Source: Macrostomum hystrix (taxonomy: Eukaryota > Animalia > Platyhelminthes). From it: 64,000 bases of DNA. The translations under genes and the position numbers were made by a program. This document shows positions 10,757 to 25,600 of this stretch, one piece after another. The notes beneath the pieces are model-generated. The model saw only the letters and a program-made list of their open reading frames with translations, had not been told where the DNA came from and searched no databases. The stretch is taken from the NCBI GenBank assembly GCA_950097015.1, contig CATNEN010000005.1, forward strand, positions 5,456,001 through 5,520,000. Reading direction: 5' to 3'. Each line of letters begins with the position of its first letter. Within the stretch, counting starts at the first letter, position 1.

Positions 10757-13566
10757 TCAGATATTGGAACCAGCATCCTTAGCCGAGCCGGAGATGTTGG
10801 CACTGTTGCGAAATCCCGACTTCCTGCTGCCAGCACGACGCCTCAGCAGCGATCCAAAGCCGCCGCCGCCGCCGTCGCCTGAGGACTGCACGGATGACTT
10901 CGCAGTCTGCGGCAGTCGGGTTAGTCGCAGAGTCAAAGTGGCGCCAATTTCTGGCAGGGCAATGCCGACAGCCGGGCCGCCAGCTCTGGCCACCAAGTTG
11001 GCGACGCTGTGCGAGCTGACGTCGATGCTTTTGTGTCGATCGACGCTTTTCAACAATACGCTGAGCGTGGTGAGACTGTCTGACTGCAGGCGGAACGACT
11101 CGGTGGCGTCCAGGTGGAGACTGTCAGAGCCGGGCAGATCGTAGGAGCGAGTCTTGTAGAGATCGCGACCGCCGATGCCGCCTCGGCGACTCCTTCGGCG
11201 ATGGGAGTAAGGGGGCGGATGATCGGAGTAAGGGGGCGGATGATCGGAGTAAGGCGGCGGATGACTAGAGTAAAAGGGCGGATGACTAGAGTAAAGGAGC
11301 GGATGACTAGAGTAAGGGGGCGGATGACTTAAGTAAGGGGGCGGATGACTTAAGTAAACGATCGAATGACTAAAGAAAGGGGGGCGGATGACTGGAGTAA
11401 GGGGGCGGATGACTAGAGTAAGGGGGCGGATGACTAGAGTAAGAGGGCGGATGACTAGAGTAACGGGCGGATGACTTGAGTAAGGGAGCGGATGACTGGA
11501 GTAAGAGGGGGGCGGATGACTTGAACAGGGGGGCGGATAACTAGAGTAAGGGGGCGGATGACTAGAGTAGGGGGGCGTATTATAGGGGCGGATGACCGGA
11601 ATAGTAGGGAACAAGGGACAGTGGATAGCACATAAAAATGCGTCTCACGTGTCGCCTTTGATCTTGATGTACACCCGATCGCCTCTGGGCAGTCTGGAAA
11701 TGCCCGTCAGGCTGAGTAGGTCGCATTGGAAAAGTCCAGAGTTTGAGCTGTCAGCGTCAAGGCCGGAATCTGTTCAATCAAACAGTAAAATCGGTTTGAT
11801 TTTCCTTTAAAATGACCTTGAAATGCCGGATTAATCGACTCACCTCCGCTGATGACTTCCATGCTGCGAGTTTCACCACCAGCACCGCTGAGACTAGCAG
11901 AACTCGGAGGGCTCAGATGCGAAGATGGCTTTGAACTGACGAGCATTGAAGCGGTGCCGACTGAAGACGCTGGCGGCGACAGCTGCTGCAGATCTTCAGA
12001 GAAGGATCTTGAATGTTTTGTAAGGAAGGATTGGATAGCATTGTATATTGGATATTTGATTGAATTGGATAACAAGGAAGAGCCGTGTGTACATTTGGAG
12101 GGAGGTGGTCGGTCAGGGAAGGGCCGTGTGTACTTTAGGAGGGAGGTGGCTGACCAGGGAAGGGCCGTGTGTACTTTAGGAGGGTGGTGGTCGGTCAGGG
12201 GAGGGCCGTGTGTATTCTAGGAGGGAGGTGGTCGGTCAGGGAAGGGCCGTGTGTACATTAGGAGGGAGGTGGTCGGTCAGGGAAGGGCCGTGTGTACATT
12301 AGGAGGGAGGTGGTCGGTCAGGGAAGGGCCGTGTGTACTTTAGGAGGGAGGTGGTCGGTCAGGGAAGGAGTGAGGTGGCTGTAACAGGGTCTTATTATTC
12401 ATATTTAGCCTTTGTTGAATTTCAAGCCAAGGCAAAGTTTAGTTCTCTCAGAGTTATACACAACATGAACATGCACCATATAGGATCTTCTAATAACTGC
12501 AAGCAATAATTGAAATGAACAATAGTATTAAACAACAGTAAAAGCATAGATAATAGAGATGAGTAACAAATAAGCAATAGAGTATAAATATCAAAAGGCC
12601 AGGTTTGTATTAATGGTTTTGGTGTCGGCAGTGTCTGTGGCGACAGCGGCGGCAGCAGCAGGGAGGTGATCGTTGCTTGTCGTTCGTTGGTTTAACAATT
12701 TATTTTATTTTTTTAACTGTGCGCAAGATAAGGTAGGTGTCTTTCCTACGAGAATGTAACTATTCCAGTAATTTATGACTAGATAGATAGACAGACAGAG
12801 AGACAGACAGATAGACACACAGGACAGACAGACAGACAGACAGACAGACAGAGACAGACAGACAGACAGAGACAGACAGACAGACAGAGACAGACAGACA
12901 GACGGAGACAGACAGACAGACAAACAGGCGTACACAATTTTTAAAGTCCCTACCTTAAAAAGCTTCAAAAATGGTGAATTCGGTAATTGCTGAGTAAATT
13001 TGGTGAAAAAAACGAGCCGAGTGATTAATTTTATTAATGTAAAGTGAGAGGTGTGAAGTCAGTAAACCATGGAAAATAAAAGAAGTAAACTAGAATGAAA
13101 ATAAAGGAATTTTAAGCACAGCAATAAACAATGTGACAACAGAAATAATTTCTCTATAAGTTAAACTAATCTTTGCTGAACTGATCAGGCAAACTAAAAT
13201 CAATTTTTATAACTTTCCTAATTACGAGTTGATTTTCGATTAATTAAATGATTATTAATTTACACAGTTCTCCTGGGTCCGTTGGGTGCCAGTAAGCGAA
13301 GCAGGGACGTTGTCCGACGCCGTAGCTTCTTAGATCTAGTGTCAGTTCGACTGCCGCCTCTGTCGCCGCTAACAAGAATACTCAGATGCTGCTGCTGCTG
13401 CTGCTGCTGCTGAACATTCTCTTGGGCTTGACAATTTAAAATACTGTCGCTACTTTGACATTTCAGCTTATTGTAGGTACGATTTTGACCATTAATATTG
13501 ACTGTAGAATCTCTAGCAGTAATTCCGTTGACTAACCTTGACTGTGAGGGACTTGATGCAGACGAA

Positions 13567-13603
<37 letters not shown>

Positions 13604-16600
13604 TTGTTGCTGCTGATTCATCATCAATAGCAGGCGTCTGTGCAGCGTTGCTACCGGTGGAACGCCGACAACGCAGAACTAGGTGACCGCTTGTGACATT
13701 CTTGCCCGCTAATTTCAGCATGGATTCATCCTTCTGCGATAGCGATTCGGGGGTGAGATTTTGTGAGAGGGAGATGTGGCGGGGTGAGATTCAGCAGGTG
13801 AGATTTCCTAGGGGTGAGATTTCGTAAGCTGTAAGATTCGGTAAGCTGTGAGATTTGGTTGGGGGTGAGATTTGATGACGTTGAGATTTTTTAAGGGTCA
13901 GATTTAGTAGGAGTGAGATTTGGTAAGCGGTGAGATTTGGTAATGGGTGAGATTTGGTAAGGGGTGAGATTTGGTAATGGGTGAGATTTGGTAAGGGGTG
14001 AGATTTGGTAATGGGTGAGATTTGGTAAGGGGTGAGATTTGGTAAGGGGTGAGATTTGGTAAGGGGTGAGATTTGGTAGGGGTGAGATTTGGTAGGAGTG
14101 AGATTTGGTAAGAGGTGAGATTTGGTAAGGGGTGAGATTTGGTAAGGGGTGAGATTTGGTAAGGGGTGAGATTTGGTAAGGGGTGAAATTTGGTAAGAGG
14201 TGAGATTTGGTAAGGGGTGAGATTTGGTAATGGGTGAGATTTAGTAGGAGTGAGATTTGGTAGGATTGAGATTTGGTAGGAGTTAGAATTGGTAGGAGTG
14301 AGAATTGGTAGGGGTGAGATTTTGTAAGGGGTGAGATTTGGTAATGGGTGAGATTTAGTAGGAGTGAGATTTGGTAGGATTGAGATTTGGTAGGAGTTAG
14401 AATTGGTAGGAGTGAGAATTGGTAGGGGTGAGATTTTGTAAGGGGTGAGATTTGGTAGGGGTGAGATTTGGTAGGAGTGAGACTTGGTAAGAGGTGAGAT
14501 TTGGTAAGGGGTGAGATTTGGTAAGGGGTGAGATTTGGTAAGGGGTGAGATTTGGTAAGAGGTGAGATTTGGTAAGGGGTGAGATTTGGTAATGGGTGAG
14601 ATTTGGTAAGAGGTGAGATTTGGTAAAGGGTGAGATTTGGTAATGGGTGAGATTTGGTAAGGGGTGAGATTTGGTAAGGGGTGAGATTTGGTAAGGGGTG
14701 AGATTTGGTAAGGGGTGAGATTTGGTAAGGGGTGAGATTTGGTAGGGGTGAGATTTGGTAGGAGTGAGATTTGGTAAGGCGTGAGATTTGGTAAGGGGTG
14801 AGATTTGGTAAGGGGTGAGATTTGGTAAGGGGTGAGATTTGGTAATGGGTGAGATTTAGTAGGAGTGAGATTTGGTAGGATTGAGATTTGGTAGGAGTTA
14901 GAATTGGTAGGAGTGAGAATTGGTAGGGGTGAGATTTGGTAAGGGGTGAGATTTGGTAATGGGTGAGATTTTCTAAGGGGTGAGATTTGGTAGGAGTTAG
15001 AATTGGTAGGAGTGAGAATTGGTAGGGGTGAGATTTTGTAAGGGGTGAGATTTGGTAGGGGTGAGATTTTGTAGGAGTGAGATTTGGTTAGGGGTGAGAT
15101 TTGGTAAGGGGTGAGATTTGGTAAGGGGTGAGATTTGGTAAGGGGTGAGATTTGGTAATGGGTGAGATTTAGTAGGAGTGAGATTTGGTAGGAATGAGAT
15201 TTGGTAGGAGTTAGAATTGGTAGGAGTGAGAATTGGTAGGGGTGAGATTTGGTAAGGAGTGAGATTTGGTAGGAGTGAGAATTGGTAGGGGTGAGATTTG
15301 GGAAGGGGTGAGATTTAGTAAGGGGTGAGATTTGGTAATGGGTGAGATTTGGTAAGGGGTGAGATTTGGTAATGGGTGAGATTTGCTAAGGGGTGAGATT
15401 TGGTAGGAGTGAGATTTGGTAGGAGTGAGATTTGGTAATGGGTGAGATTTGCTAAGGGGTGAGATTTGGTAGGAGTGAGATTTGGTAGGAGTGAGAATTG
15501 GTAGGAGTGAGAATTGGTAGGGGTGAGATTTTGTAAGGGGTGAGATTTTGTAGGAGTGAGATTTGGTAAGGGGTGAGAATTGGCTAGGGGTGAGAATTGG
15601 CTAGGGGTGAGAATTGGCTAGGTGTGAGTTTCGGTAGGGGTGAGAATTGGCTAGGGGTGAGAATTGGCTAGGGGTGAGATTCGATAGGATAAGAGCCGAT
15701 AACGGTTCGTTGCTAAAATCTACTTATTCCGAATCTAAAAATTCCAAACCGCTCACCAGCATGCACATCTGCAGCAGGTTGTCTCGAGTTAAAGAAATCT
15801 CGCCCAAGAAGTCGTCCTTGCCCACTGGGTCCTTGTCGTAGGTGGCCTGAGCGATGCGATGTAAAAAACTTGCGTTTTTCGAAATACAGTCACGTACTAG
15901 GGTTGGTAGGGTGTAGTGACATAATAAGGGTTCCCAACTACTAGGATTCTAAAAATAACCACAGCTTAACCATAGTTGCCTAAATGGGATTCCCCACTAT
16001 TTTTTTAAAAATAGCAGCAAATGAACCAGCGTTCATTTAAAGGGATTTTCCGGCAACTATAGTCAGGAAAATTATTTTATTAAAATATGATAAAATAAGC
16101 ACTCAAAAAGAGTGATATGCCGAAAGCTTTATTCTAAAAATAGAAAAAAAACACTCGTAACAAGGGATTTCCCAAAAGCATCATTCTAAAAATAGCAACA
16201 GCTCAACCATCGTTGACTAAAAGGGATTGCCCAGCAACTAGTCTAAAAATAGCAAAAACTAACACTTACAAAGAGGGATTTCCCTACAGCTTTATTCTAT
16301 TATTAGCAACATAAAATCCTTACTTTCTAAAAATGGAAGCGCACTAACCTAGAGGAGAAAATATAAGCATTTCCGATTTACAAATCAATGCTTGATAGAC
16401 CAGTCAACCTTACCAATCTAAGAAGGTGTCCCTGATCAGGCAGCTGAATGTGAAACGACTCGCGCCAAACTGGATTTAGCGTCGATCGGCGCACCCGAGT
16501 CTTGTGCACCTGTCTGCCAGCCAGGGTGGCAACCACATACGGATCGCTTGTGCCATCTAAATCGGCTGCCATCAGAGAGCTGCCCGATATAATCGTCACC

Positions 16601-19600
16601 TCGACGTGGCTGGTTGGCGCAACTAAAAAATCCAAGAAACGCTTACATCCTACTCACTAAATAAGTAGTTTTTCTGATAGACAAAAATGGATATAAAAAT
16701 GTAATGCTTACTTTGTTGCGGCTGTCTCTGACGCAGAGGCGGAGGCGGCGCCGCTCCCAATTCCGCTTCGGATCCAATGGATACGGAAGGAATTTCGTCT
16801 GTGGAATTTAGCTGCTCTTTGATTGGCTGAACGATTGGCGTCAGTTGCGGATCGATCGTTTCGGCATCCTATTGATAATTTTTAAGCGGCTTATTAGACT
16901 TTGTTAAGAATGAACTACTTATTGTTTTAAGTAGTATAACGCAGCTTTTAATTACTAAATTAAACATGCAAAAAACACACCTCGAATACCTCCGACGTGG
17001 CCACTTCGTCGGCATCATTATCGCCAGCTTCGTTGTCGACAGTTGACGAAGGAAGTCGACAGGACAGAAGAATCTCCCCGGATTTTACTTTCGGCCCCTT
17101 TAACTGGTACCAGGCTTCTCCGAGCTATTATTTGAAGCATGATTAATTAATTGAAATCAATTGATACAGAACAGCGCTTTGTCACTGTAAACTTGAAAAT
17201 ACAAAAAATAAACTTTTTGTGTTTTATTTCAATTGATAAGTTTAAAAAAAATTTGGTCAGTTATAACAAAATATTTTATAAGCCAGAAATTAAGCCATGG
17301 GCCTACAAAAATTGCTGCTAAAATCTTGAGAATTTTGAAGGCTATTTTTTTAAGACCTGGGATGAAACAAAACTAAATTTTTAATAAATTTAAAAATATA
17401 AAACTTCGATAAAAACGGCAATATTCACTCATTCTTCATATTCAGCCAGCTTTCAAAAAACTTTTCGCAGTAAAACAAACAGAAATCCACAATTACTGTA
17501 ATTATGCAAAAAGCAGAAATGGCAAGCAGAGGGTCTGATATAGAAGGTCTATTCTATTTCCTGTCGCATGCTAAATAGATATGTACTTTTGGATAAAGTT
17601 GCTTTATTCATATAAAACCTTGCTTTTTTAAACTAGCATGCTAAAACAGTTCTCAAATTGCAATCACTGAGTAGCAGTATTCGCAATGGGACAATCGTGC
17701 GTTTCATCCTCTCCTTTAGAAGAATACGATGAAGCATTGTCATTGCCTGTTGTCTGGTCGACTAGCTGTTTGTGTTCCAAAGTTTGAGTAGTTTAATTGA
17801 ACAGGAAGTACTAGTTCGTTTTTTTCATTTATAAAGTCTTTGTAAGCATTGTTTAGCTCGTGAAACCATCCAGTGTGTTTTTTCTCTTAGATTTTTTACC
17901 CTCTGTCTACCCTAGAATCTAGTTCGTACATGCTATGTACCAAAAAATAATAAACTTATGTACTCTAGCTATGACTACAGTCATACCTACCTTCAAATCA
18001 CCCTAGATTCTACCTTTTATCTACCTTACATAATAACTTCTATCTACCCTAGATTCTACCTTCTATGTCCCCTAGATTCTACCTTTTATCTACCCTAGAT
18101 TTAACTTTCTACTTACCTTAGATTATACCTTCTATCTACCCTAGATTCTACCTTCTATGTCCCCTAGATTCTACCTTTTATCTACCCTAGATTCAACCTT
18201 CTATCTACCCTAGATTTAACTTTCTACTTACCTTAGATTATACCTTCTATCTACCCTAGATTCTACCCTATATCTACCCTAGATTCTACCTTCTATCAAA
18301 CCTAGTTTCTACCTCCTGTCTACCCAAGATTCAACCTTTTATCTACCTTAGATTATGCCTTCTATCTACCCTAGATTTAACTTCCTGTCTACTCTGGATT
18401 CAACCTTCAACCTTCTAGATTATACCTTATATCTACCCTAGATTTCTACCCTATATCTACCCTAGATTCTACCTTCTATGTCCCCTAGATTCTACCTTTT
18501 ATCTACCCTAGATTTAACTTTCTATCTACCTTAGATTATACCTTCTATCTACCCTAGATTCTACCCTATATCTACCCTACATTCTACCTTCTATCTAACC
18601 TAGATTCTACCTCCTGTCTACCCTAGATTCTTCCTGCTATTTACTCTTGACAATACCTTCTATTTACCTTCTATTTTATATTTTATCATTTCCTATTCCT
18701 TAGGCATTAACTTATTATCAACCCCAGACATTATTTTCAATCTACTCATATACTATACGCTCACATACTCCAGAGTCTCAGATCTCTTACGCACAGAAAG
18801 TAATCTATGGCGTATACAAATATTAAACAATATAGAACTTTTCAAGCAAACAGGTTAACAAATGTCGAGCAACTTACAGCCTCAGCACTGACGGGATCCA
18901 GAGAAACTTCACCCAAGTAGTCATTTTTTCCAACAGCGTCGAAATCCATAACGGTCTGCGTTTAATGAAGACATTAGGATAGCATTATTATGTTGCTAAA
19001 TTTTGTTTAAGTTTCTGTTACTAGCAATAACACCGGCAGAAGAAACCTTCATTAAATTTAGAAAACGGGTATTAAAGTGCAAATTAGTTGCCACTAAAAG
19101 TACAAAGGAAGTTAAAAAGTAAATCTAAAATAAAACTACTAAACGTCCAGTTAGATTTTAAAAGGTATGTTAGCTTTCGAAAAAAAGTCCTTCCGATTTC
19201 GTTATTAAATAAAAAAGAGGTTAAAACTTGAAGCACAATTAACCAGCTTAGAGTGCAAAAAACATTTTTGGTCTCAAATAAGGTCTGCTTTCAGAAGAGT
19301 CGTGAGCATTTATTATAGGTTTGCGTCCTTACAAACGTTACGGCGTGGTTGCTAGGCACTGGAATAGTAAATTCTTCATTCCACTGCGGTTCCAGACTGT
19401 TCTTTATAATGTTAGATTTGTACAGCAGTCTAGTGCCCAGGGTGACGCGGACAAACGGGTCACTCTTGCCGTTAAAGTCGGCTGCCATGAGCTTGCGACC
19501 GGCTACTAGGCGAAATGTCACCGGCCGGCCTTGCACAGACTGAGCGACGACAAGAAACAAATTTCAAATTTATCATAATTTTTACTCGTAAATTGAACGA

Positions 19601-22600
19601 GCGCAATAATTAGTATTTTCTACATCGTTTTGGTGATAAAGAAAGGTCTAACGAGTGCTATTTTAAGGCTTATTTAAGTTTCGTAATTGTGTTTTTATTT
19701 TCCGGATTTAATTGGGCTTTTCATGGTTGTTTTCCGGATTTAGTTGACGTTATCACACATTTTATTCGTGATTTTAATATATTTTTCCGGCTTTCTTAAT
19801 GTTTCTTATTTGCATTTGGTTTTTAGTTTTAGTTTTCAGTTTAAGTTACGTATTTGATATTAATAATATGCGAAATTATAAATAGGTTTTCAATTTGAAT
19901 TCGCTTTTATATTTCGTATTTTACGTTTTCTGGATTTTTATTATCAGAACTCGTATTTTCCGGGTTTGCTTGGCAAAAAATTGTTTTCAACAAAATATTT
20001 TGAGTAGTTCTAATTTTACTTGGAATTTTCTGTTAAAAATTCCTTATAATTTGATTTCAAAACTCACTTTGTCGACGCTAGGCGAATTCTTCAAACCAGA
20101 TGAAGTAGTAGCAGCAGCAGCAGACGAGGCTGAATTCTCAACGGCGTCTGTTATCATGCTGCACTCGAGTGACAGCTCGCCAGCTTGTTGACCTTTAGCG
20201 TCGGTCAGGGCATGCCAGACTGGATCATTCTGGTAGAAAGGTTGGATGAAGGGAGAATCTAGCTGCTAGTTGTAATGACAGGAAGATGGATAAAATGGCA
20301 TAGTATTAAAAGATAGGCGTAATTGTAGTGAATAATGAAAATATATGTAGTCTTCGCAGTGAGAGCCAGTCTTTACGGAACTCAACGAATCGATAACCGA
20401 AGACCGAAGAGATGAAAAGGAGGTGGTGAGGGAAGAGAGACGAGAAGCTAGCCAATCAGAGACGAGAGAGAGGAAAGAGAAGTGAAGCTTAGCTAATAAG
20501 TTAATCAGATAGAGCGAGAGAAGAGCGCGCGCATGTGTAAAAAACAGAAAGAAGAGAGAAATAATAATAGTAATAAATTGTTCATAAATACGAGGATAAC
20601 AAACTCACCGAAGTTGACAAGCAGGCGATAGACTCAAGGTTTAGTTCGACTGAGCCCAAAGTCTCATTCTTGCCGAATGAATTCTTAGACATGACAGACT
20701 AAAATGATTAAAAAACTATTTTAGCTGATTCATCGACTTTTAGTAGGCAACTAGCAACTGTAATGTTATTTTTAGTATGAAAATATTTTTTTACTTCTAG
20801 TAGGCAATAGTGTATATTGCTAGATCTTTTCGAACTTAAACTCACAAACAAAATCGGTTCCACTCCCAATGGAGCGCTGAATGTCTGTCCCCAGTAGGGT
20901 TGCAGCGACTTTTTTTCCATCCGGGTGCGAAATAACTCGGCACTCTTTGCTGATGTCGAAGCCAACGATATTACCTTGACGCAGGCTTCAACCGGCTTAC
21001 CGCCAACATTCAGATTTCTAGCCGAATGCACCGTGAAGCTGAATCCTCCACCGCCAGCGGAGGAGGTGGATTCCGCTCCGGCGGTTTCCAGCTTAGAGCG
21101 TTTTCCGCCCCCAACAGTAGTTCCAGGCAGGCCTTCAGAAACAATTTTGCAGCCCAGCTCGATTTGACCCGAGCGAACGCCTTTGCCAGTTAGGTTGAAC
21201 CAGCGAGTGCACGACTGCAGGAGAATTGTGACCCAATTAAAACATTTTGGTCATGTTAAACTACTGAAAGTAGACTAGATGTAAATTATTTTATTGCGTA
21301 ATTTATTTTTACAACTTACCGAGTCAGACAAAGTCCTGAGCTCTTCCAGCGTTAGGAGCAAATCGCCAAGGAAATCCTTCCCGATACGATCCTTGTCCCA
21401 CACTGCCTGTATGTCGAATTGGGTTGATAAAATAGAATTAGAAGAATGTTGAGCGCGCATGAAAAGCAAGGATATTATTCTGAATACACAATCCATACCA
21501 CTTTCAGCTGCTCGTGTTGCCAAGGACACCTGGTAGTCACCCACTCGTTCCATTTAGGTTCCAGTGTGGCCTTGCTAACTTTACTCTTGAACAGCAATTC
21601 GTCGCCGATTCGCAATTCCACAAACGGATCGCTGGTGCCGCCTCGGTCCATTGCCATGAGGTCTTTGCCGCCAACCAAATGAAACTCCATCACGCCTAGG
21701 CCTTTTAAATGTCGTTTACAAATTTTATGAATCTTCTATAACTACTATAGACAATACTTATTAGAGAATAATTAGAGAATAACTTTTTATAAGGATTTTA
21801 CCTTTGGCCAAGAATGTTCCGGCATTCATTGAGTAATTGTCATCGGTTGTCGACTCTTTTTTCATGCCCTAAATATCGAATGAATACAAAAAGTAAATGA
21901 TAATTTAGTTTTGTATATACCTTATGAAGCAGTTTTTTAGTTGTAATGAGTAATAATCCTTAAGAAACAAAGGAGTTAATGATTAGTTAGTTAATTAGTC
22001 AATGAGTGATTTATGTTTATTTATTCAATGGTCATTGAGTATTATTAAATTACCTGTGTTCATTCTTGTAAAGAACAGATTTTTTTGAATTAGTATAGCT
22101 TATCATAATATAGTTAACGCCTAGACATATTGTTTGAAGCCAGTAGTATGATGAACAAAAAAAACTGTACTGCAATATATACAACTGAAACAGCGCAACA
22201 GAAAGTAGAATTAAACAGTAAGTACTTTGAAAAAGCGCGCGCGGTAAAACAAATAATATTCAGGCAAAAACTTCTAGTATAAATAGAGACTATTTGAAAT
22301 TTTACCTCCTCAGACGAGACCTGAAAAAGATAGCATCGGGAATTCAATAAATTAAAAGCACGTAGATTGTAAAACGTTGCTTGCTAAATTAAAAAGTAAA
22401 CGATCCAATATTAAGGAAACGACTGTACCAATTAGATAAAATGTCTTCAAATGTTTCTAAGAATTGATTTAGTATATAGAAAAAACTTCTACCTTGAGAG
22501 TTAATAATTTTAAGAAAACTGTTTCCGTTTATATATTACTACTAGTTGTGCGAATCAATTTAGTAGTATAAATGGCGCAAAACACAATTAAATAAAATAT

Positions 22601-25600
22601 TCTAGCAACTTACCGACGCTCTATTGGTTGAAGCGTCAGCGCACTGCAGACTCATGAGCTCTTCGTCAGTTAGCTGGCCGCTATTGGCTTTGGCTATTTC
22701 TGTTTAAGGAGTACAGTTATTTTATTTAGTGTATTTTCTGTACACAGCATAGAGATAAAGTTGTAATAATGCAAAATGTATTTAAAGGAGGGCGGAAATG
22801 CTTCCTAAGATTTAGCAAATCAGATAACAGACAGGGGTAGAGTGTAGATTCCGACAAGATAGTTCAGCCAATCAGATAACAGACAGGGGAAGAGTGTAGA
22901 TTCCGAAAACATTTTTCAACCAATTAGATAACAGACAGGGGTAGAGTGTAGATTCCGAAAAGATTTTTCAACCAATTAGATAACAGACAGGGGTAGAGTG
23001 TAGATTCCGAAAACATTTTTCAACCAATCAGATAACAGACAGGGAAGAGTGTAGAATCCGAAAACATTTTTCACCAATTAGATAACAGACAGGGGTAGAG
23101 TGTAGATTCCGAAAAGATATTTCAGCCAATCATATAACGGAAAAGTAACTGCGAGTAAAATAATTTTTTTTGATAAGTGCTCCTAAAATGTTGGTATTTA
23201 AAGAAAAATGAACAAGACTAATATAAGAAAACATGCTTACCAGACTTTGCCACAGACTGCACAGGCCTGAAAACGATTGAAAATAGCAGATTGCCCATAT
23301 TAGTGTTGGATACTTGGCCGTGCTTAGCGACACTGTATCCTAGAGGCAGCTGATGAAACAGCAAGGCTGGCTTGTCCTAAAGAATAGCAGATAAAATGTT
23401 GTTTCAAAGAAGAAATAAAATAATCAAGCTTTGTTTTTAGCATACCTTTTGCAGCTGAACATGACAGGCACCCAAGAAATCGTCTCGCAGTGCGTTTCTA
23501 CCATCGTAATCGTAGAGAAAGAATGACACTGTGGTCTGAAATGGTTGTTAGTTGAGTACCTTGAAATAAAAAACGAGCTAAGCCAATCCGAGACAGCCTA
23601 GAGGGACGCAAAACTAGAGTCCATTCAATGGGCGCATTGAGACGCCAGCCAATCCGAAACAGACTTGAGGGAAGGAAAATTAGAGCGTGCATTCAATAAG
23701 GGTATACAGACGCCAGCCAATCCGAAACAGTCTAGAGAGAATGAAAGTTAGAGCGTACATTCAATAGGGTTATACAGACGCCAGCCAATCCGAAACAGCC
23801 TTGAGTGAAGGATAGAGGTGCAACAAACAGCTCACTCACCTTTGTGTAATCGGCCACGAAAGTGTGAAATTCGCAGTCAAACTTCGGATTCTTTGTCTGC
23901 TTGACATACTGCGTGCTGCCAACCTAAGATGTAAAAAATGCGTAGAAATCATTGAAAGAATATAACAAATATTAAATTAAAAATCTTACCTTTCGTCGAT
24001 TAGTAAACACAACGCAGTAGGGATCAGACTCGCCTGTTCGATCCATGCCAAGTAGATTGGATGCGCCGTGCACTTTTATGTACAGCGCACCAGAAACTGG
24101 AATTCGGATTTTTAGGCAAATATCATGCTTATAATGCACCGAAGAACACTATTGTTTAGATCAACGATCATTAGCTCTTAAAAATGATTTTTTAAAATAA
24201 ATTTATTATTCCATCCTACGCACTCTTCAGTGACGGAGATCATTATTCCCTTCGCAATGTCCTTAAGTGAGGTGGTAATTGTATCTTTACAACAATTTAT
24301 TGGGAAATAATGTGATTAGGCAGTTAGCATTCTGGTATCACGAGATGATAAAAACAAAATTATTAGATGAAAAAATACTGACTATACATACTACTATTGC
24401 ATATTAAAAAAGAGTAGTAAGTAGTGGATTGCGTTTTTTAAAATACTTTAATTTACCCATGACAGTTAATTAGAAGATAGTAATAACACACAAAGGAAAT
24501 ATTTTTGGCTTTAATCTTGCAATCAAAAAAATAATTGGTAATGCAATGACTAACGCAATTCGCTGATTCTGACATTCTGACTTGCAGAAATAGACAACAT
24601 TAAACAAAAACTAACAAAAGTTAAGCTTACGAATAGGTCGACCAGAGCCTGAAAACCAGTAATTAAAAATGATTTGTGCTGAAAACTAGCTACATATTAA
24701 GTAGTAAAGTTATATCTGTTTATCTATTTTTTCTTTTGGTTAACAGACACAATGAGACAAATTAAAATTCGAAGTTTAAACAAAGTAACTTACCTGCGTA
24801 CACCTGTGTTGGCTGCACTGTTTCCAACTGCAATTCGGGTAACTCTGTGTACTCCAGTTGGGCATTGAGGCGAGCAGAGTTTTGTACCTCGGTCACCTGC
24901 ACTCTGAAATATAATTCTTTATTATATTTTCAGAAAATCTTTTTGTTATAATATACAATTTATTAAGTGTCAGCTTACACTTTAGTAGACTTTAGCGGCT
25001 GATCCTTCAATAGCAAAACCCATTTGGCCACAGGCGCCACACCGCCTAGCAGACTTTTACTCTTCAGGTGAATGTGCAGCTGAGAATTTAGTGAGTTCTT
25101 TATTGTCTCTTTAAGATATGAAAATTCATCATAAATATTACGAATTAAAAAGCTCAACAACTGAAAAAGCACGTACCCAACACCCAACACTCCAATAAAA
25201 ACGCAGCCCACCACCCCCTAAATACACGCAGCCCACCACCCCCCTAAATACACGCAGCCCACCAGCCCTAAATACACGCAGCCCACCACCCCCTAAATAC
25301 ACGCAGCCCACCACCCCATAAATACACGCAGCCCACCACCCCCTAAATACACGCAGCCCACCACCCCCTAAATACACGCAGCCCACCACCCCCAAAAAAC
25401 ACGCAGCCCACCAGCCCCTAAATACACGCAGCCCACCACCCCCTAAATACACGCAGCCCACCACCCCATAAATACACGCAGCCCACCACCCCCTAAATAC
25501 ACGCAGCCCACCACCCCCTAAATACACGCAGCCCACCACCCCCAAAAAACACGCAGCCCACCACCCCTAAATACACGCAACCCACCACCCCCTAAATACA

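Noticed and set aside
22818-23805. 52 bp and 66-68 bp arrays with a conserved core, superficially CRISPR-like
   Set aside because: The segments between cores are homologous to each other rather than unique spacers, the context is a eukaryotic intron, and there are no cas genes.
24210-24290. Potential extra exon (HTITTSLKDIAKG...) in the C2/SMP gene
   Set aside because: Its best donor gives phase 0, incompatible with the phase-1 acceptor at 24097; the model is already in frame without it. An alternative acceptor cannot be excluded.
25256-25420. GCTGGTGG (E. coli Chi) in variant units of the 25-mer on the minus strand
   Set aside because: Chi is a bacterial RecBCD signal; its occurrence in a G-rich eukaryotic minisatellite is expected by composition.
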